A stretch of 64,000 bases of DNA from Octopus vulgaris (Eukaryota): NCBI GenBank assembly GCA_951406725.2, contig OX597827.1, positions 21,390,001 to 21,454,000 on the forward strand. The letters are read 5' to 3'. Positions 54,565 through 64,000 of this stretch are shown in pieces. The notes below the pieces were generated by a model. It did not search any database, was not told the origin of the DNA, and was given only the letters and a program-made list of their open reading frames with translations. The position numbers and the translations under genes were made by a program. Position 1 is the stretch's first letter. Every line of letters begins with the position of its first letter.

Positions 54565-56278
54565 ATTTTTCTCACTTGTATATTCACTTTGTACATGTGC
54601 ATGTATCGCCATTGTTTTAATTTCCACTTTTCCATGTTGTTCTGGACCACACGATTCATTGTGACAGATTTCTACAGCTCACGCTGATGCCACCTCTTGT
54701 CTCTGTTTCCAAGCAAAGTATTATCTTGCCACTAATCTTCAAGACATGATTTTACAGATTCGCAAACGAATGAGCCTGCTTTTGTATGCCAGGGACATTG
54801 GTTTACACTTTTGGGGGCAACGGTGTGGAGTATTGCACAAGGGACATCACCCTGATTGCTCCAGTAAAACAGAATGCGAGGGAAATGGTGGTGTTCTTCA
54901 TCAAAGTTATTTTAATAATTGACCCTGTGGGATAGATTTTGTGGGGACTTGCAGGGGGCTGTGCTAACCTTGGATCATAGAGTGACCCGCTGTTCATGAA
55001 GAGACCTATTGTGTCAAGTACGTCAACACCAACATCAAAATAAAAATCAAATGGAAATTGTAGTTAAGACAGCTGTGCCGGTGACACATAAAAAGCACCG
55101 CCCGAACGTGGCAGATGCCAGTGCCGCCTGACTGGTGTCCGTATCGGTGACACGTAAAACCACCAACTGATCGTGGCCGTTTGCCAGCCTCCCCCGGCCC
55201 CTGTGCTGGTGGCATGTAAAAAGTACCCACTACACTCACAGAGTTAGGGAGGGCATCCAGCTGTAGAAACACTGCCAGATCAGACTGGAGCCTGGCACAG
55301 CCTCCTGGCTTCCCAGACCCCGGTCAAACCGTCCAACCCATGCTAGCATGGAAAACGGACATTAAACGATGATGATGATGATGATGACGTTGGTTGACTT
55401 GGCTTTACATTGCTCGAAGTGTTGTTGATGTAAAGGCACACATGTATGTTATAACCAGAACCCTCCTTTGGAGAGAGAAAAAAAAATGTCCTGTGATTAT
55501 TAAAGGAGGAGGAGGGAGAGGTGACGTGTGAGTGGAGGGAGTCAACCCTCCCTCATCCTTCCCTTTCACTCCATTTATCTTTCCATCCTTCCTTCTCACA
55601 CTAATCCATCATCATCATTTAACATTCGTCTTCCATGCTGGCATGGGTTGGACATTCTGACAGGAGCTGGCAAACCAGAGGACTGCCCCAACCTACATGG
55701 TTTCTATGGCTGGATGCCCTTCCTCATGCCAACCACTTTACAGAATGGACATTTTGCAAGGCACCAGCACTGCTGTAATCCATTTAACATTCAAAGCTAG
55801 TCAACCTCTTTTGTTCCTCATTTTGTCATATTTATTCTGCTGTTTGGTTTCTCGTTGGTCTGACGAGGAAATTCGTTTTTTTTCTTAATTTACAGTTGAG
55901 ATATTAACAATAAGAAAGAGCAATCAGCCCAACATGTCAAAAACCTTAAAACTAAACTGACCATCCAGACAAGACTAATAGCCACACCATCTTTGTCTAA
56001 TTAATCTACAAATAGCCAGATAAATCCCTGCCATTTCACAATGCTCTTCATCATTGTTTTAACATCCACTTTTCCATGTTTGCATGGGTTAGACAAAGTT
56101 TACTGAGGCAGATTTTTTTTGCAGCCAGATGCTTTCCTGTCACCAACCGTCACCTGTTTCCATAGCAAAACAGGTTTTCAGAGAATATTGGAAAATGAAT
56201 GATGCCACATGGATAACTGTGGAACTCCTTTACCTCTGTTACACAATGTAAAGACTAGAGTTAATGCTTTCATACATG

Positions 56279-56321
<43 letters not shown>

Positions 56322-57059
56322 TCAACAGGCTTCTCTCTCTCTCTTTCTTTTTTCTATTTACCAAATTCACTTACAAGGCTTTGGTCAGCCCTCTTCCTCC
56401 TCCCAAGGTGTCACACTGTGGAACAGATCCCAAAGCTATGTGGCTGGGAAGTAAACTTCTTAACCACACACCCAGCCTTACCCTTAGAACACTAAACTCC
56501 CTCTCATACCCACTCGATCAAAAGATACACATCAGAATCATGACAGTCTCCCTATTATACTTTGTCCAAAATCTGCCCTGTTTCTTGCAACCATTTTGAA
56601 TGGCTTCCGAAAATGAAATCTTCTGTGTCCTCAACATCCCTAAATGTCTCTGTCTGCCAGAGTCACCATGAGTCTCCTCCACTCATTCAACATGATGTGA
56701 CAGTCTTTGGCTGCCAACCAACATTATCCCAGAACACAGCAAATGCTGATGTCTTTCGTGTGTCAGTTCAATGTCTGTCTCTCCATTGCTTGCTCTGGCT
56801 TCAGTTGAATTTGAATAAAAATACCCAATGGCTATCACATAAATGATTCCCAGCAATTTTTCTCCCTGAATAAGACTTATATATTGTGGGATTCACTTAA
56901 ATCTTTTCCCAGAGCACATCATCCATTGCACTACATTCACATCATACATTTCCATCAAACATCATTTGCTTATATCATACAGCCTGTCTAACATTGAACT
57001 TGAAGTTGTGATCATCAGAAGCAATGACTGACGATGAAACAGAAAACTTTATCAATATA

Positions 57060-57392
57060 GGCGTAGGAGTGGCTGTGTGGTAAGTAGCTTGCTTACGAAC
57101 CACATGGTTCCGAGTTCAGTCCCACTGCGTGGCACCTTGGGCAAATGTCTTCTACTATAGCCTTGGGCTGACCAAAGCTTTGTGAGTGGATTTGGTAGAT
57201 GGAAACTGAAAGAAGCATGTCGTATATATGTATGTGTGTGTATATGTTTGTGTCCCCCCAACATCGCTTGACAAGCGATTTGGTAAAAGAGACCGATAGG
57301 CTTACAAAGAATAAGTCCTGGAGTCAATTTGCTCAACTAAAGGCGGTGCTCCAGCATGGCCGCAGTCAAATGGCTGAAGCAAGTAAAAAAAA
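57060..57392 (+). mobile_element. SINE family B (CORE-like)
   Basis: ggcgtaggagtggctgtgtggtaag...ggttccgagttcagtccc (A/B boxes)...accttgggcaaatgtctt; A-rich tail. Confidence 0.85.
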
Positions 57393-57794
57393 AAAGTGTA
57401 TATAATATGGAGTATTAAGCTCATTCTTGTAATTGCTGCTAAGCAATGGTGAACTGCTTGGTATGATTAGACTGTAACAATTTTTAAAATGAGACAGCTT
57501 CTTCCATGTGAATGTTCTCCAAGTAAGACATACAAAGTGATTCAGAAATCCCTTTATTATTTAAATGACACAAATATTAAAACACTAAACAGACTCACCC
57601 TGTATAACCTTTACTGCCAAGAGAAATTGCTCCAGCTCCCCTGAGCTGAAGACCACTAAATATTACTTCTAATATTAATGATTGGACAAAGTGGTCTTGA
57701 GTTGTATGTTTTGGCTTTTAAACAGAAATATGCTATCTTACAACGGTGGGTCTTTTAGCCTATGTCGACAACTTTTCTTTCTTCAGTTACTGAC

Positions 57795-58334
57795 ATGATC
57801 GCTGGTGAGACCCATATTGGAGTACGGGATTGAAGCCTCTTCTCCTTATCTCCTCAAAGACATACATTATCTCGAATGAGTCCAGAAGCTGGCTACCCGC
57901 ATGGTTCTTGGTCTCAAGCATTTGTCTTATGAAGAAAGGCTGAAGACGCTCGACCTTTCTTCTCTCGAAAAACACCGCCGCCGTGGTGATCTCATTGTCA
58001 CTCACAACAGCATAAGCGGAAAGTATAACCTCTCGAAAGAGCTGTTCTTCACTCCTGCTCCAGAGCATGGGCTGCAGGGTCACTCCGAAAAGCTCTATCT
58101 ATGACAATTTCATCTCAATCGAAGGAGAGGGGCTTTCTCCTTCCGGGTTGCGGATCCGTGGAATAAGCTGCCGGACGAGATAGTGAAGATGCCGACGACC
58201 GCTCGGTTCAAAGTCTCTCTTGACCAGAAATGGCCTGAACTCTTTGTATGACCACCCTCCCTGTACATAACTCCCTGTCCCCCTACATGGCCTTGCTTTT
58301 GCTTTTTGAGCCAATAAAAATTGAATTGAATTGA
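57795..58334 (+). mobile_element. CR1-clade LINE 3' end (ORF2 C-terminus, 3'UTR, (ATTGA)n tail)
   Basis: LVRPILEY...PYLLKDI..LE*VQKLATRMV.GLKHLSYEERLKTLDL.SLE..RRRGDLI...FSFRVADPWNKLP; aataaa then (attga)3. Confidence 0.92.
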
Positions 58335-61300
58335 AAATGTCTAACAACTCAAAACTCACAGCAAACAATCCAAACTAATAACTTTTTTTATGTCCTCCAC
58401 TCTGTTTCCTTTCCCACCATTAAGCTTTCTACATGAATTATTGGAGCCCCCCCTCCCCTTTTTTTTATTTCAGTCACATGAATGGTTTCTTGACCTTGGA
58501 AAGATCACTAAAAGTTACCAATTTTGATATTAGAAAAGCTTTCAAATTTGTCTGCAATGAAAATCTCTCTACAAAATCTTCTTCCCTATGATCTTTATTT
58601 GTTGTTTAAGTTTCAAGTTTATCACAAGATTGCTTTACCATAATATTGGGGATAAAATTTTCCCCGATCCCGCTTTCCTCACACCTTGTTTCACCTTCCC
58701 ACATTAAGCAATTTGTTGTTACCTCTGACTCTGTTTCTTTCTTTGGTAACACCATTCGACACTCTTTAGTCACCCCCCCCAACCTCAGTCATTCATAGTT
58801 GACACCCTTCACCAGATATGCACAAAGGGACCTAGGCCATATTTGCCAGTGGGGATTCAGCCATGGGCCAGTTATACATCTCAATTAAGCAGATCCTCAA
58901 CTCTACGTTTTCACTGTTTGCATTTGTAAATCAAACAACTAAACCCTTCACACTCCTTATCTCTCCTGGATTTTCTTGAGATAAACAGATATCACACAGG
59001 TTACTTAATTTTTTTTCTATTTCCCCAGAGTTATAAAATATTCCACCCTGAAGTTTCCACTTTTATCCTGGACTATATCCTTAAAAAAAAAAAAAAAGAA
59101 AATCCAACCTTTATTCACAAATACTTCACATCATCAGATCGTCACTGAGCTGTGTCTTTTCTGCCAATGGCTTCACATGCCTTGAAATTTGTTGAATGTT
59201 TCTCTTTTGCCGACAAAAATCCAATTCACTTACTCCTTTCTTCATCCCTACATCACTCTTCTTTCAACCTCACATTAACCCATTAGCTTTTGACTGACCA
59301 TATCCGACTTAAATATTCTTGTTTTGTGTTCAAACTGGTCAGATCTGGATTCTCTTACACCTATCCTACCATGTCTCTCAAAATATTCGTTAACATAATT
59401 GAAATCTCGAAGCTATGAGACAATGCAAGATTAATTCAAACCAATGCGAATAAAATAAGCATTACATTTGAGAAAAGTAATGTGAATGCTGAAGTGATTA
59501 AACACTGCTTTCACTCCTCAAACTGCTAGACTCTCAAGATTCTCTCTGTCTCTGCTTTCTTTTTCATCCATTCATCATTATTATCATCGTTTAACGTCCT
59601 CCTTCCATGCTGATATGGTTTAACAGGAGCCTGAGCCATACTTCTGTGTGTGTTTTGGCATGGGTTTTTTTACAGCTGGATGCCCTTCCTAATACCAACC
59701 ACCCCAACGAGTGGACTGAATGCTTTTTACGTGACACCAGTACAGGCAAGGTCAGTTTTGGCAGGGTTTTTGCTGCTGGATGCCCTTTCAAATGCCAACC
59801 ACTTTACTGTGTGGACTGGATGCTTTTTACATGGCACCAGCACTGGCCGAGTCACCAAGTAACTTGTAAGACAAAGATCCTTTGAGAAGGGAGGGAGCAT
59901 TGGAGAAGGTGATCTTGGGTCAGATGATGAAAAGTTAGTGTGACAGAGAGACAGAAACATGTGTCTTGCTGTAGAGGGGGTACATGGTTACCTAACCAGA
60001 GAGAAGAAGAGAGGGAAAGAGAGAGTCACTGAGGGCAGAAAGTGGTGTGCTGCTGAAGAGGAGGGACATGGTTACCTAGGCATAGGTGAGATGGAGAGAG
60101 AGTGATGAAGAATGAGGGTAAAAATAGGTTTGTTGTTGTAGAGGAGATACATGATTACTCAACAAGAAGGGAGAGCAAAGGAATGAGAGAGAGTAGGAGA
60201 GCAGGAGAGGGATGGCAGTAAGTGCAGGGAGATACCTGCAAGGAACAGGGATTAGAGCTTAGATGGGATGGTAGAGTAAGGAAGAGAGAGATGAAAGGTG
60301 GCAGGGTATTGCCAAGAAGTCGCAAATAGGAAGTGGGGATGGGGAATGCTGTGACTGGTGAGAATCTGGGTGTAGAGAGGGGGACAGGGGGTAGCCATGA
60401 TTATAGTGAGGAGTGGATTGGGGTGTGGGAAGTAATCATAATATATCAAGAGGAAATGTGAGCAAAAGAAGAGAATCAGTTTGAGAAGGTGGGGGTGTAT
60501 TGTTTGGTTTGTTGGGGTAGGGTGTGTGAAAATTTTATTGTTACATGTGGGTGGACCACAGCACTTCTAGAACTCAGGTTCGCTGGCATGGGCAGGTCTT
60601 CTCTAGAACTTCATATTGCCAAACCTTCCCAATTTACACTGAGCATTTAATTCATTAATCTCAACCAATGATTTCTATAACCCCCTGTACTCTGACCTCA
60701 AAGGGTCACAGACACAACCCCACTCCCTCCCTCTATTCTATCTGCATTACACAAACTGATAAGATAAAGAGGCAGGCGTTGTCTGTGTTTCATTTTGTTT
60801 AGATTTTGTGGAATTCGGAAGTAAATATGGCTGTGTTAGAGCGTAGAACCTGTTTGACAGATGATTCTAGCTCCTCCTGTCGCACACAACTCTGCTGACC
60901 CCTGTCTGAGTTTTCTTTCTTTCTTTTTCCTCTAACTATTTGTCAGTTGTTGGCTGTTTTACTCTTGGACATTTCTCCGTTTGTATTCTTGGAAATCACT
61001 GGGTTCCAATGTTGCTGAGACTGTCTCACTGCTTTCTCGTTGAGAAGTTATGAGACATGCATTCCTGTCTTTAGAATATTTGGAGAATTTTTTTTAGAAT
61101 GAGCCAGAGATAGTTTAAATTCCTTGACTTGAACCATCATACATCATCATCATCATTTAACGTCCGCTTTCCATGCTGGCATGGGTTGGACGGTTTGGCT
61201 GAGAACTGGTGAGCCAAAAGGCTGCACCAGGCTCAATCTGATCTGGCAAAGTTTCTACAGCTGGATGCCCTTCCTAACACCAACCACTCCGAGAGTGTAG

Positions 61301-62400
61301 TGGGTGCTTTTACATACCACCAGCACAAGGGCCAGTCAGGTGGTTCTGGCAACGATCGCACTCGAATGTTGTTTTTCATGTGCCACCGGCACATGTACTG
61401 GCAACGATCATGCTCGAATGATGCTTTTTACGTGCCACCAGCATGGGAGCCAATCCGTGGTCCTGGTAACGATCACTCTCAGATGGTGCTTTTAACGTTC
61501 CACTGGCACGAGTGCCAATCAGGCAGTACTGTCATCAGCCACGTCAGTGATTTTGATTTCACTTGCCTCAATAGGTCTTCACAAGCGAAGTTTATTGTCC
61601 AATGAATGAAGGGTATTCATAAGTGGGCTGGTTATACCCACTGGCATAGGCCACAGGCTATGGTCTCACTTGGCTTGTTGGGTCAAATGCAGCTCCTACC
61701 ATTGTATAATATATAATATAGAATGGCGTATGTGTATATGATATACTTTGGTTGAGGTGTTGTTTTGAATGTAAAGGTCATGAGTTGAAATCTCCCCACA
61801 GAACTTGTACTGAATTCTTTATCCAGTTTGCCTGATGCATCACAAAATATGTCCCTTTTCTATTTTAAGGCTGAGTGATTAACTGTAACATTGATGAAAA
61901 TCAAAAGAAAGAGATTTTAAAAAAAGGAGGAAAGAAACAGGTTCTGTTTCATTAAGATCATTCTTTTGCCATTAACGACAATTACGAGTTGGTGTGACTA
62001 ATGTTTGAGACAGTCGTTGAACATGTTCCATGAAGCATTCAAGTCATACATATGGATATTTGTTGTAGATGTAACAATATTTCTTTTTAAACAAGTTAAC
62101 CAAGAACACAGCCAGGTTCTAGTTTAATGAGTTTTTCTTTTTCCCACTTGTTGACATGCCCCAGTAAAAATATATTTTCTCTGCTCTTACATTAATCTTT
62201 CTCTCTACTTCATTTCCTCGTCGAGCTATCCTCGTTAAACTATCTTAATTCATATCAACATTTCAACTTGAGCAATAATGGTTCATGGATGTTACATATT
62301 TAATTTCTCATTAGATACTACTATAAAATTTTTTGTTGTTGTATGTGGTCATATGTTGTGATGGCATCAACAGACTAAGCTAGGGTTTATATGGCTAACG

Positions 62401-62576
62401 CAATGCTTTTCAAACTTTTTGCTGGAGCGGAGCCCCAAGGAAACATTCCACTGGCTCGAGGAACCCCTGTGCAATAATTTAGTCATATGCACACATATCT
62501 GCACAGGAGAATTAAAAATTACTGCCCATTTTAGCAGTTTTGTAACTTCTTGCGGAACCCTGGTTGAAAACCACTG
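62401..62576. mobile_element. hAT-type MITE with 8-bp TSD
   Basis: TIR caatgcttttcaa / ttgaaaaccactg; TSD ggctaacg at 62393-62400 and 62577-62584. Confidence 0.88.
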
Positions 62577-64000
62577 GGCTAACGTAACCGTTCTAATTTC
62601 TATATTGTACGTTTTCATCAAACTAATACTCCCTGTTTGTAGTTCTTTCACCTCTCTCTAGTTCATATTTTTCATTCATATATACTATATACATGTAGAC
62701 CCATGTGTAATCTGTGTTATATTGTACTTAGGTTATATAATATATGTTCATCATCATCATCGTTTAACGTCCGTTTTCCATGCTAGCATGGGTTGGATGG
62801 TTCAACTGGGGTCTGGGTAGTCAGGAGGCTGCACCAGGCTCCAGTCTGATCTGGCAGTGTTTCTACAGCTGGATGCCCTTCCTAACACCAACCACTCGTG
62901 AGTGTAGTGGGTGCTTTTTACATGCCACCGGCATGGAAGCCAGTCAAGGTGGCGCTGGCATCAGCCACGTATGGATGGTGCTTTTTACATGCCTCCAGCA
63001 CAGGTATCACAACAACAATTTCTATTTGATTTTTTGATGTTGATGTTGGTGTACTTGACTCAATAGGTCTCCTCAAGCACTGTAGGTTGCCCTAGAATCC
63101 AAGGTAAGCACAGCAGGCCATCCTGCGATCCAAGGTACTTTGGATGGGATGGGGCTTCTATGTGAAGCTGGTGCAGGAAACAGCCATGAACTCACATTAT
63201 TTGTCGGGTCTTCACAGTCACAGCATATCTCCAGAGGTCTCGGTCTTTCATCATTGCCTCCGTGAGACCCAACGTTATGGGTTCTGACTAAAGGCAAACT
63301 AATGACTCAGTGAGAGAATCTTTTCAGTGTTCCTCAACCTACTCGAAATGGATTCCATCCCTGGTTATTTGCTGTTGGTAACCACATAATCAGGCACTAC
63401 CGGCCCATGGTTGATGGATTTGCTATTAACCCTTTATAGCATTTAAACCTCTCACACTTCCCCTTCAATATTATTCTAAAGATAAACAATCACATCATTG
63501 AAACCTGTTACAATGTAATGCATGATTAATTCAAATCAGTCCGAATGCTAAAGGGCCAAACTCCTCCACCCCATCCTACTACTGAGCTTGTTCAGTGGAA
63601 AGAGTGTGCGAGGATACCTAAGCAGGACTGGGGAAAAGCAACAACTTGTCAAATGAGTTTAATGAGGGCCATTGACTCCGTATCTGAGGGAGGAGATGGG
63701 CATTAGCGGAATTCTGAAGACCACTGGAACACTTGAATAGAGATTACATAGATTGGTTGCGAGCAGGGTCAGAAAGAAAGTCCAAGACTAGGAGGGGTCG
63801 GAAAAGACTGGGAAAATAAATTTAGATTTCCCAAAAGCAGAAATGCTGTGAGAAAGACATCACTTGATATGACAACAGAAAATGTCCTGTATTGGCCTTG
63901 TCTTTGATTTCCCAACCTTTGTCAGCATTTATATTCTTCTTCATGTTGCTTTTCCAGTACCAGTCATTGGTGAGTTAATATTTATACATTAGGAAGGCAG

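Noticed and set aside
57060-57135. tRNA-like A/B box sequence
   Set aside because: Head of a SINE, continuing into CORE-like body; no complete cloverleaf.
53172-64000. Search for hexokinase exon 3 (ALDLGGTNFRV)
   Set aside because: Not found by eye; probably lies beyond the window.

Overview
Eukaryotic, AT-rich, repeat-dense genomic DNA, most likely octopus/coleoid cephalopod (inferred from the SINE families and long (TA)n/(CA)n tracts). The only convincing host coding sequence is one 163-nt hexokinase exon (53009-53171, +). The window looks like the 5' end of a hexokinase gene: candidate promoters and first exons near 0.6-1.3 kb and 21.2 kb, then very long introns. Nearly all ORFs in the supplied track are spurious (microsatellite, SINE or decayed-TE reading frames). 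The introns hold at least four SINE families, RTE, CR1 and CRE LINE fragments, a decayed piggyBac transposase, piggyBac, hAT and MULE-type MITEs, a non-autonomous Helitron and a Penelope-like fragment. The most unusual structure is at 14.0-18.1 kb. There, successive (TA)n tracts border a direct duplication, a perfect 242-bp palindrome and an inverted copy of nearby DNA, which suggests repeated template switching seeded at (TA)n. I see no evidence of a novel multi-gene system.
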